From NCBI GenBank assembly GCA_000934665.2, contig JYFJ02004057.1, positions 1 to 35,743 of the forward strand: a stretch of DNA of 35,743 bases. The letters are read 5' to 3'. Numbering within the stretch: position 1 is the first letter of the stretch; each line of letters starts with the position of its first letter. The position numbers were made by a program, and so were the translations under genes. Below are positions 1-9,880 of this stretch, piece by piece. This DNA comes from Catajapyx aquilonaris. Its lineage: Eukaryota. The notes under the pieces are model-generated. The model worked only from the letters and a program-made list of their open reading frames with translations. It ran no database searches and had not been told where the DNA came from.

Positions 1-584
1 GGGAAATGGTGACGTCACTGTTTCCCTAGAAAATGTTGACGTCACGCGAAGTGAAATGAACGCAAAAATGGTGTTATAGAACGCGCCCCGTCATTGTCGT
101 CAAATGTTTCGCTGTTGTTAGCAACCGTCCCATTCCGTGAGCAAGATAGCGGCCGGGGCGCGTATTTATTCCAGGCCGCTCAAGCCGCTTTGTACGTGGC
201 AGTGATGCCACCAGGTCGGAATTATCTGTCACCCGAATTCGGCACATGAAGGCCTCCTTTCTCCACCTCGATGGCCTACAGCCGCCTTGCGAATGCTTTC
301 CGTCGTGTCGGCGGTTAATTCAAAGTCAAATTCATCATATCTCGCAGTCAACCAGGCATTTCAGTGTACCCTTTCGATTGGCACCACTCTGTTTCGCCGT
401 TTTTCCCGCCAATTTTGAAGGCACTTTTAAATGTGCCGTAATTTATCCAGTAATGTCATTTTGATGCAACAGAGTGATGGAATGTATGTTTACAGGCATG
501 GGCTAGCTAGTTATGAACAAAAATCCCAAATCCCAGACCAAGGCTAGTTCCCCATTCCTCAGAGTATGTGATTGACTTGGATGT

Positions 585-807
585 TGTCGGGCCCACGTGG
601 TCCGACATTTATCCCCCTGACTGTTGGGAGTGCCGCCTAGTGGCGGGATCTTTGTAATCTATATAAGGCAGGGGGGCTTCCAATGCGGGGCTCTCTCTCC
701 TGTTTGGGTTCATTTGAGCAATACACGGATTTAACCTTCCTCCTGACTCTTATTCACACACCTTCTGAGCTAGTTTGGGGCAGGACCCTGGATTGGGGTT
801 CCTCACA
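585..807 (+). mobile_element. Solo LTR (223 bp) in the intron of ZF gene A
   Basis: Starts TGTCGGG, ends CCTCACA, flanked by 4-bp TSD ATGT (581-584, 808-811). TATATAA at ~660. The paralogous intron near 10330 reads TTGGATGTCAAG, the empty site with one ATGT. Confidence 0.85.
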
Positions 808-1191
808 ATGTCAAGTTCCTTTATGTAGTGTCATAAGCAGATCATGATGATTTTGCAGTGTCTACCAATAACATTTTATTGTAAGTTATTCAAAATAATA
901 AAAAAGAGTGAAAATAAGTTTTAAAAATAATGTACAGTCTTTGTCTCGCAAAATTTTGCAAGGGGGTGAAAATGGGAACTTCTTCGCGCTTTTTTTTTTC
1001 TGATCGTGGAAGTGGTCAAAACATAATAAACCATATTCGTCAATAGAAAAAATAACACGAGAACGCACATTTGTCATTAGTTTTCCTCACAAAATAATGT
1101 GACCAGAATTCATATGGACAAAAACCATATGCCATTGAGTAGTTTGGTATTACTTTAGTGTGAAACATTGCATTTTCAACAGACCACTTAC

Positions 1192-1515
1192 CCCACTCAT
1201 CCTTCCAGAACCAACTGCCAAAGGGTCATCTCCAACCACCCTAGGGATGTCCACCACCATCTCCTCCTCCTCCTCCGCTTCCTCCTTCTTGATCTCGAGG
1301 AGAGTGTCTTCCACGAGCGAAGTAGACTCAATGTCCAACCATGGTGGTGGAGCTTCCTCCTCCTTCTTGATCTCATGAAGGGTGTCTTCCACGAGCAGAG
1401 TAGAGCTGGATGGGGTCTCCTCCTTCACCCTTAGCCTCCAACTCTCCTCGTCCACTGTGATGTCCTCCTCCTTCTTCACTTCCCCTTCCTTCTTTATCCT
1501 CAGGATCAAAGACAT
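1192..1515 (-). CDS. C2H2 ZF gene A, first coding exon (acidic psi-KxE domain, 108 codons); the ZF exon is presumably left of the window
   Basis: ATG at 1515 (MSLILRIKKE...DDPLAVGSGRMSG), phase-0 GTAAGT donor at 1191. Acceptor TTTGCAG at 1520-1521 and upstream UTR donor GTGAGT at 1662. Paralogous to exon 10720-10992. Confidence 0.8.
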
Positions 1516-1829
1516 GGTCCTGCAAACACAAAGAGTGGAGGTCAAGTTTAGTATCCCCAATCAAGGCAGCTGAAGAGGAGGGAGGGACACTTTCTCTCTC
1601 TGAGACTGGGTGGGCAAAGGGAAGCAAACCAGATCAGTCCATCCCCCTCCCGATCCACTCACCCTCCTTCTTCCTTCCTTCTCCTTACCTCCAACCACAC
1701 CACCCTTCAGAAGAGGAGGTGGTCCAACTGAAGAAGGCGACGGAAGAAGGAGACGGGTTGAAACGAGTTCGATTCACTCTCTCTGGACGACACTTCAAGA
1801 GGATCGAAACGGAATAATAATACTCTTGC

Positions 1830-1950
1830 TCAGGCGGCCATCTTCTTCTTTTTCTTTTTTTTTGATGCAAATGAGGGTGCGTTCCTGTCGCCACACCAGA
1901 GTCAAGGAGGGACTTATGCGCTATTCCCACATCACCAGTCGCCGCTACTG
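1830..1950 (-). promoter_or_regulatory. Conserved promoter/5' leader module of ZF gene A: Inr-like TCATTT (~1872), YY1/Pho-like AAGATGGC, uORF ATG GCC GCC TGA (1841-1830)
   Basis: Same block recurs upstream of all four paralogs (11340-11479, 14729-14864, 18350-18474). Confidence 0.65.
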
Positions 1951-2800
1951 GTGAGGCTGTTATCCGCCAATAGCTCCTTTCGTCATTCCTTACACTTTCT
2001 CCCTGAAAAAGAGGGTTCCGATGTATTCGGGTCACACTTTCTCTGGTTATGGGGACATGCGAGTGCGTTTGACTCGACATTAGTAATTCATATGCCTGGG
2101 ACAGAGAAATGAACCACTGAAAAATCAAATGAAGATTTGCAACATTCTCATACCCATGACATATTTCATGCCAAATATCACCTGGCTGGCTTCTATGATA
2201 TTATGATTGCAACATTCAAACACCAGTCTTGGGAGTCACAATGAGACTGACAATTAAAAACCTAGTCACGTCAGTACCAAAGTTCAATAATTGGCTGAAA
2301 TGATAGAAAATGTGCTGTTGAAATTTTATTATTTAAAATGGCCACAGAAGGCATGCCTTACTTTTATTAATTTGCATTAAAAACTTCATTGCAAAGGTCA
2401 ATGACGCGCAATTTTATGAGTCAGACATTAGTTCCAGAAAAAAATATTTCATAATGAGTGTCAGTGATTGTTTGGATCAGTGCCAAAAAACCACGTAAAT
2501 GAAGCACTTGTCATTCGGACATGGAGTCATGCAGAGTGGTCCAATAATCACTGGTGCTTTTCAATCCGTCTATCTCAGACACATTGACGTTCATATCCAA
2601 AGAAATGGTGTTCAAATAATATCCCTGGCTAGCAATTATATCCGGAAGTAGCCTACACTTCCTTCGGTATTCAGATGACATTGATAGATTGATCTGCAGA
2701 CAATCGCGTCTATTTTGTCCCAAATATTCACCAACTTTCGAAATTTGTGTAATTCAAAAATTTACAAAATAATACTATACATACAGTACACACCGTGTGT

Positions 2801-3055
2801 AGGGAGAAGTAGTGGCGCTGCGGTAACATATACGCCCACGGATATAAGGGTCCCGGGTTCGATCCTCAGCACGGCGGGCTTTCCCCCCTTTATCTCGTGC
2901 AGAGTTGGGGTCGTCTCTGGCTACGTCTAGGGTAATGCTTCTTGACAGAAACCACCCGGGGGAGCTCACAAAATGTACCCATATTAGTCATTCACACTGC
3001 ACTTTGCCCATCCCCTCCTAGTCACCCTGCCTGTGGGCTCTACTACAAAAATAAA
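2801..3055 (+). mobile_element. tRNA-derived SINE (degenerate)
   Basis: A-box-like TGGCGCTGCGG (2813-2823), B-box GGTTCGATCCT (2856-2866), non-tRNA body, A-rich end. No clear TSD, so boundaries are approximate. Confidence 0.6.
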
Positions 3056-3099
3056 CATTGATTTTTTAGCGAATGACATTTTAGTTCCAATTTCAACCA

Positions 3100-3224
3100 C
3101 CTCAGGCACATTGCAAATTTCATTACCAGGTTGTCTTCTCTCCTGTATGAATTTGAATTAGACCTTTCAAATATTTTGCATGAAAAGGGTTTTTAACAAA
3201 TAAGTACCCATTTTTGAATATACT
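3100..3224 (-). pseudogene. Decayed C2H2 finger remnant, probably the distal tail of gene B separated by TE insertions
   Basis: Translates ...KYLKGLIQIHTGEKTTW*, with a linker sequence like the 84-bp finger unit of gene B. Confidence 0.55.
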
Positions 3225-4379
3225 ATATGAGGCATTCCACGTCAAGCGGGACACTTTCCGACGAATATTTGAGGACCTTGACCAAAATGTAGTGACATGT
3301 ACAGTACTACTCATCGACCTGTGCCGGAAGCCAAATTATTATGCCTCTGCGTTGCGTGGTTGCGTAACTACAGGGTGTCTAATGTGCCAATTTCCGCGTT
3401 TTTTTGGTACGTTCGCTGTCACTGAGACGCCCATATATCCTAGATGGTAAAGTCAAATGTAACATTTGATATCTGCATTGGAAGCGTAGTTTTACGCTCT
3501 TTGAGATGGTCATACTCAAAATTGAAGAACCCAAAAATTAAAACTCAAAGATGGCGCCCAAAACTTTGATTTTGATATTGGTCATGAATAGACCTATACG
3601 ATTATTTTTGAATGGCACTTAAAATGACAAGGGCAATGTTTACTTCACATTTCCGAAAAATCTGGAGAACCCTTTTTCGATATTTGCCGACAATAATAAC
3701 TTTTTTGGTTTCAAACGCGTCCCGTCAGTGTGGTCACCTCATTTGGAGGACCATAACTAGGAGAAGGTCAGGTCAAATCTTATATTTGATATGCGTATTC
3801 GGAAGGTATCTTTATGCCCCAGGATATGGTCATACTCAAAATGGAAAAATCCAAAAACTTGATATCAAAGATGACGGCCATTTAAAAAAAAAAAAGATCA
3901 ATAATCGACCCATACGATTTCTATTGAATTGCACTTAAAATGATGAGGGTAATGTTTACTTGAGATTTCCGCAAAATCTGGAGAACCCTTTTTTGATCAT
4001 TGCCAAATATGAAAACATTTTAGTTGCGAGACGCGTACCGTAAATGTAGTCACTCAATTATCAATAAAATTACTCCAAATTTGTTGCTTTAAATATTCAT
4101 GCTACACATCGCGAGAATCCCAGATTCTAGCACTCTAACTTGGTAATAATAAATAATAAATACCGATTTTAGTGACATACTAAAAAGATAAGTCTCAGAA
4201 AGTTAACTGAGACGAAATAGGTATTTATTATATTTATGTAGAGTGATAGAATCAGGCATTATCATTATGTGCAACATGAATATTTAACGCAACAAATTTG
4301 GAGTAATTTTAGTGATAATTGAGGTGATTACATTTACGGTACGCGTCCCGCAACTAAAATGTTTTTATATTTGGCAATT

Positions 4380-5171
4380 TATCTTTTTTAAATTTCTCCC
4401 TCTTCAACCACCCCGTGCAAACTTTGTTCAGGGGGGGGGGGGGGGGGGCCCNCATCTTTTTTCTTCACATTTTCTCACCGGGTGCAGAGACAGGATAGGG
4501 ATCGTGACCCGAAATTTTGCCAACACTGTACCTCACCCGCTCACCGCATTTCGTACATGTCTGTACCAACGTCATAGCCCAGTCATGTAAGCACTCCACG
4601 TGCAAATCCCATCATGCTCAGCGACTAACCCCACTATAAAAGGGAAAGCTGCCGTTGCCTCCAGGCCAGTCGCTGGGACAATATCGTAGCGTCTGGTCAA
4701 TCCCCACACCTTACCTTCACCTTGTTATCCTATACCCGCATATACCCTGAGAGTCCGTAGTTCCGACAATAAACGTATTGCTCGGACTGAACCCACTAAG
4801 TTTGTTTAAGTACATGTATCCTACCGCTCGGGTTACAGGATAATGAGGGGAGGGGGGGGGGGGGGATACTGGGTGCAAGTGCATTGTCTCAATCTGAGGG
4901 CTCAGTGCAGTCCCCCAGGGGGCCAAGCTGAAAGACACCCTCCGTTCCCCACCGACACCGCACCTCCTCAAGGACAGGACAAGGATAGGGAAGGAAGGAA
5001 ACGGCTGTGGCCTATTAATTACGGAAACAACTCTGGTATTCACCTGAAGGGACCATGGGAATCCACTGAAAACCACCGTCAGAGTTGCCGGCCCAGGGAT
5101 TTGATCCCTGGACCTCCCGATTCGCAGGAGGATACCATATCCCCTCACCTACTTGACTACTTCTGCTTCGG
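4380..5171 (-). mobile_element. tRNA-derived SINE inserted in the right arm of the foldback element
   Basis: 15-bp TSD TTATATTTGGCAATT (4365-4379, 5172-5186). On the minus strand the head has A-box TAGTCAAGTAGG and B-box-like GGATCAAATCCC. Shares the GGGTGCAAGTGCATTGTCT block with the SINE at 33160-33511. Contains an N at 4452. Confidence 0.75.
4503..4837 (+). mobile_element. Solo LTR (335 bp) nested in the SINE
   Basis: Ends CGTGACCCGA...TCGGGTTACA (imperfect inverted termini, first base C instead of T). 4-bp TSD GGAT (4499-4502, 4838-4841), TATAAAA ~4635, AATAAA ~4768. Confidence 0.75.
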
Positions 5172-5652
5172 TTATATTTGGCAATTATCAAAATAGGGTT
5201 CTCCAGATTTTGCGGAAATCTCTAGTAAACATTACTCTGATCGTTTAAAATGCAATTCAAAAGAAATCGTAGGGGTCTATTCATGGCCAATATCGAAATC
5301 AATGTTTTGGGCGCCATCTTTGAGTTTTAATTTTTGGATTTTTCAATTTTGAGTATGACCATCTCATAGAGCGTAAAACTACGCTTCCAATGTACTTATC
5401 AAATGTTACATTTGACTTGACCATCTAGGAGATATGGGCGTCTAAGTGACAGCGATCGTACCAAAAAAAAAAAAACGCGAAAATGGGCACATTTGACACC
5501 ATGTAGTTACGCAACCACGCAACGCAGAGGCTTAATAATTTGGCTTCCTGCACAGGTCGATGAGTAGTACATGTCACTACATTTTGGTCAAGGCCCTCAA
5601 AGATTTGTCGGAAAGTGTCCCGCTTGACATGGAATGCCTCATATACTGTATA

Positions 5653-5995
5653 CAGGGTGATCAAACTTTTTTGTCGTTTTAGTTATTGACAAATTCGGCC
5701 TAAGCTGCTTATATTGTAGCCCGTTCCCTGGCAACCCTGTCCGGCGGGCCAATTCAAACATCAGCCCATGGAGAGCGCTTCCATTGTTGCCACTGTTTAC
5801 AAATCGAGTGAGTGGAGTGCGCAGGCAGAAGAGACCCGTCGCTGGGTCGTCCGCGTCACTCACTTGATTTGTAAACAGTGGCAACAATGGAAGCACTCTC
5901 CATGGGCTGATGTTTGAATTGGCCCGCCGGACAGGGTTGCCAGGGAACGGGCTACAATATAAGCAGCTTAGGCCGAATTTGTCAATAACTAAAAC
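5653..5995. mobile_element. Palindromic MITE, Tc1/mariner-like left end; right end not seen (assembly N at 5996)
   Basis: TA|CAGGGTG start. Arms of ~139 bp (5676-5814 and 5857-5995) with about 2 mismatches around a ~42-bp spacer. Confidence 0.75.
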
Positions 5996-6060
5996 NCCCC
6001 CCCCCCCCCCGAAATGGGTCAAAAAATCTCCCTGCGTCATACATGCATAAATACAGTACA

Positions 6061-6607
6061 ACCTTCTTTTCCTTTACAGAATATTATCTGCTGAAATGGC
6101 AGGGTGTCTTCTATGCCATCAAATAAGTAAGTGGCATCTTTGCTGTATGAATTCACATGAGTTTTCTTATTATGGGATAAAGGGAGGTTTTTCGCATCTA
6201 TGAATTCGCATGTGAATTTTAAACTTACATATATGACGAAATATTTTCTGGCACACCTCACAAGTAAATGGTTTTTCTCCTGTATGAATTCGCATGTTAA
6301 TCTTCAAGTTACTTGATTCACTAAAAATTTTCTCGCACACCTCACAGTGAATGGCTTTTCTCCTGTGTAAATGCGCATGTGATTTTTCAACTTATTAGCA
6401 TGCCTAAAAATTTTCTGGCACACCTCACAAGTGAATGGTTTTTCTCCTGTATGAATGCGCATGTGATTTTTCAACTTGCCCGAGTGACGAAATTTTTTCT
6501 GGCATACCTCACAAGTGATGGTTTTTCTCCTGTATGGATTCGCATGTGAATCTTCAAGTTACCTGAATCACTAAATTTTTTCTGGCATACCTCATAAGTG
6601 AATGGTA
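6061..6607 (-). pseudogene. Out-of-frame and decaying C2H2 fingers downstream of the gene B stop
   Basis: The 84-bp repeat continues past [66 protein letters not shown], then increasingly broken units. Confidence 0.8.
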
Positions 6608-9600
6608 TTATCCTGTATGAATGAGCATGTGATTTTTCAAATTACCCAACTGCCTAAATTTTTTCTGGCACACCTCACAAGTGAATGGTTTTTCTCCTGT
6701 GTGAATGCGCATGTGATTTTTCAACTTATCAGCCTGCTTAAAATTTTTCTGGCACACCTCACAAGTGAACGGGTTTTCTCCTGTATGGATTAGCATGTGA
6801 ATTTTCAAATAACCCGGACATGTAAATTTTTTCTGGCAAACCTCACAAGTGAATGGTTTTTCTCCTGTATGGATTCGCATGTGAATCTTCAAGTTACTTG
6901 AATCACTCAATTTTTTCTGGCATACCTCACAAGTGAATGGTTTTTCTTCTGTATGAATGGGCATGTGATTTTTCAAATTACCCAACTGCCGAAATTTTTT
7001 CTGGCATACCTCACAAGTGAATGGTTTTTCTCCTGTATGAATGCGCATGTGAATTTTCAAAATACCCAACTGCCTGAATTTTTTCTGGCATACCTCGCAA
7101 TTGAATGGTTTCTCTCCTGTATGAATTCGCTTGTGCTTTTTCAAATCACCGGGACAATTAAATTTTTTCTGGCATACTTCACAAGTGAATGGTTTTTCTC
7201 CTGTATGGATTCGCATGTGAATCTTCAAGTTACTTGATTGACTGAATTTTTTCTGGCATACCTCACAAGTGAATGGTTTTTCTCCTGTATGAATTAGCTT
7301 GTGCTTTTTCAAATCACCTGGACAATTAAATTTTTTCTGGCATACCTCACAAGTGAATGGTTTTACTCCTGTATGAATGCGCATGTGATTTTTCAAATTA
7401 CCCAACCGCCTAAATTTTTTCTGGCATACCTCACAAGTGAATGGTTTTTCTCCTGTATGAATTAGCTTGTGCTTTTTCAAATCACCTGGACAATTAAATT
7501 TTGTCTGGCATACCTCACAAGTGAATGGTTTTTCTCCTGTATGAATTCGCTTGTGCTTTTTCAAATCACCTGGACAATTAAATTTTTTCTGGCATACCTC
7601 ACAAGTGAATGGTTTTTCTCCTGTATGGATTCGCATGTGACTTTTCAAACTACCCAACTGCCTAAATATTTTCTGGCACACCTCACAAGTGAATGGTTTT
7701 TCCCCTGTATGGATTAGCATGTGAGTTTTCAAATCACCTGGGTATGTAATTTTTTTTTGGCAAACCTCACAAGTGAATGGTTTTTCTCCTGTATGAATGC
7801 GCATGTGCTTTTCCAATTTACTTGGATTACTAAATATTTTATGGCACACCTCACAAACTAATGCCCCATTTACTGAATAAATTCGATAGTGAGACTTCAA
7901 CTCAGTTGAATCACCAAATTCTATCTGGCAAATATGGGAGCAAGTGCTTTTACTATGAATCATCATGTGACGTTTCAAATCGATCTGGGCCCCAAATAAT
8001 TTCTGGCATATTCTGCACTCAAATGGGACTTTTCTATCACACAATCCCTTGTTCCTTTCCTCTTGGATCCCATTCTCTGCTTCTCCATCTTCAGCTTCCA
8101 CTTGCATGACCTGGAATTGGAATTACACTATATGAATTTCACAGATTTTGCAGTGCAGATAGTGTGATGCTTCCAACCTAATTAGGTCATTTGGAAAGTA
8201 CCCCTTATTGTAATGGCTGAAGAGGCCACAGATTGTATCAATACAATGAAAGATTTCAGTGTAACTACATGAAGTCTAATGATAGAAAAAATTAATAATA
8301 TAGAGAAACTAGCGCACCCGTAGCCAAAATTTGGCAAAACCTGCAATGAGGAAGACAATGGTAATGATAAAATTGAATGAGAGGGTTCGTGGAGTGACAA
8401 CTAAGAAATAGAGTATAGCTGGTCGTAAGACTGGGTTGAGAAATTGAGTGGCTTTGACTCAATGGACATACTTTACACGTCCTGAATCGGACGTGAGAGA
8501 AGTTTTCATAAAACCTCCCGATATACAACATTGTGTGCAAACACTATGTTGTTGGAGAGCAATGTTCCGTGTTGAGCAATAGAGTAGTGAACACTTTGAC
8601 CTGACTTGGGTTACGAGACCGGGACAGTGCCACATGCAGCTGGCCATGATTGGGAGAAGACAGGTTCATCCAGGGAAATGATAACGTGCTGATCTGGCCA
8701 GGCGAGTTATTGTTGATCTTCATGGCGTAGGTTGGGATGACATTATGTCAATGAACATACAGTATAAGACTTTTGGATCCGGATCCAGCAGGCTATGATT
8801 AAGGCTAATAATAATAGAGCCCTCATCAGCTCTGATAATAGCTGATACGGGCATATTTGAGTGATGGGGCAACATGAGGGATGGAGTTGCCCTTTGTGTA
8901 GGTAATAATGCTGTATGGCTTTATGGCTTTATGATACTGTCATCTGTTATTGGGCGACACTGTGGCGGAGTGGTTAGCGCCGCAGCCTTTCACCTCTAAG
9001 GTCCCGAGTTCGATCCCCGGATCGGACAGAGTATATGCTTCTGTGGATATAGTTTCGATGGGTTCTCTCCGTGTTCGCGTGGGTTTTCTCGGGGGTTCTC
9101 CCATTTCCTCTCACAATCAAAATCCATCACAGCAAAGGCAATGATTAAAGATGGTCAATTAAAAGATGATCCCCTAAAAAGCTGAAGGAGGCTTATCATG
9201 GGGTATCTATTATCACCACTGTCATCTGTTGTGGCCCCGCCAGGCAGGGTTCGTCGCCCTGCAGGATATTTTTAGGTAATGCAAAGAGGAAGCGGAGCTG
9301 GACGATTATTGTGGGTTTCGTATCCGCAACATTTACAGTACTGTCCGTCTTGTGGCGGCGGAGGCCAACGGACGTTATTGTGGCCTTGCCAACCTCCAAT
9401 CCCCTGCTGATCCCACCGCTGATGTCTTGTTGCTTGCTCCAGGAGGTTCATGCTAGGCCGCCAAATAAGTCGCAATGGTTTACTCTAAGCTAAGCTATCC
9501 GCTGAAAACGATAATAAGTTGCTAGATCCGGATCCAAGATGGCGGCATAGTTAGAAAGTGGGGCTGAAAGTAGCAGCGTATATGACAGCTTTCTGAAAAT

Positions 9601-9849
9601 TCTGAGGCTCAGATTGAATCAGTTGGCAGACCTGTATTGCCGGGAAAGGAAATAGGTGGCGGTTAGGACTTTTGGCGGGAAGGGAAAGCGGCGGCCTGAA
9701 GGATTAGTACCGTACTGACCAAAAGGTGGCAGCACTCCCTTGGCCGCCGCCAAAGGCCGCCAAGGGAGTGCTGCCACCTTTTTCATCACGGCACTACTTA
9801 TTCAGGCAGCAACATCTGGAGCGTTCCAGACAATGCTATTATTAAGGGA

Positions 9850-9880
<31 letters not shown>

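Larger units (their letters stand above)
554..2340. repeat. Segmental duplication copy 1 (5' part of ZF gene A); copy 2 at ~10307-11880
   Basis: Colinear high-identity match over intron, acidic exon, 5' UTR exon, promoter and upstream DNA. 811-1000 is almost identical to 10337-10525. Confidence 0.92.
3229..5640. mobile_element. Non-autonomous long-TIR foldback DNA transposon (MULE/FB-like or Sola2-like)
   Basis: Termini GAGGCATTCC...GGAATGCCTC. Left arm ~3229-4108 is inverted in 4267-4379 plus 5172-5640. The left arm has two tandem ~330-bp subrepeats. Flanks are ATAT/ATAT, extendable to ATATACTATAT/ATATACTGTAT (10 of 11). No transposase ORF. Confidence 0.85.

Noticed and set aside
1..391. 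Short palindrome at 1-26 and possible hAT-like ends CAGTGATGCCA (199) / TGGCACCACTCTG (~391)
   Set aside because: The TIR match is imperfect and there is no 8-bp TSD; probably TE debris that cannot be delimited.
1865..1950. Conserved cassette as an ncRNA (RNase P-like GTGCGTTCCTGTC) or an octamer/snRNA enhancer
   Set aside because: Too short, no RNase P P4 motifs or covarying stems seen, and gene B breaks the octamer while keeping the Inr. An Rfam search is needed to exclude it fully.
6061..7850. Regular 84-bp repeats as a possible CRISPR array or satellite
   Set aside because: The units are 28-codon C2H2 fingers in a eukaryotic gene; there is no repeat-spacer structure and no cas gene.
8790..8830. 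Minus-strand CTGATGAG followed by a GGCT/AGCC stem as a hammerhead ribozyme
   Set aside because: The required GAAA after stem II is missing (TTAAT follows).
8951..9025. tRNA genes at SINE heads (also ~2805, ~5100-5170, ~33400-33470)
   Set aside because: A/B boxes are present but no convincing cloverleaf; each continues into a SINE body, three with TSDs.
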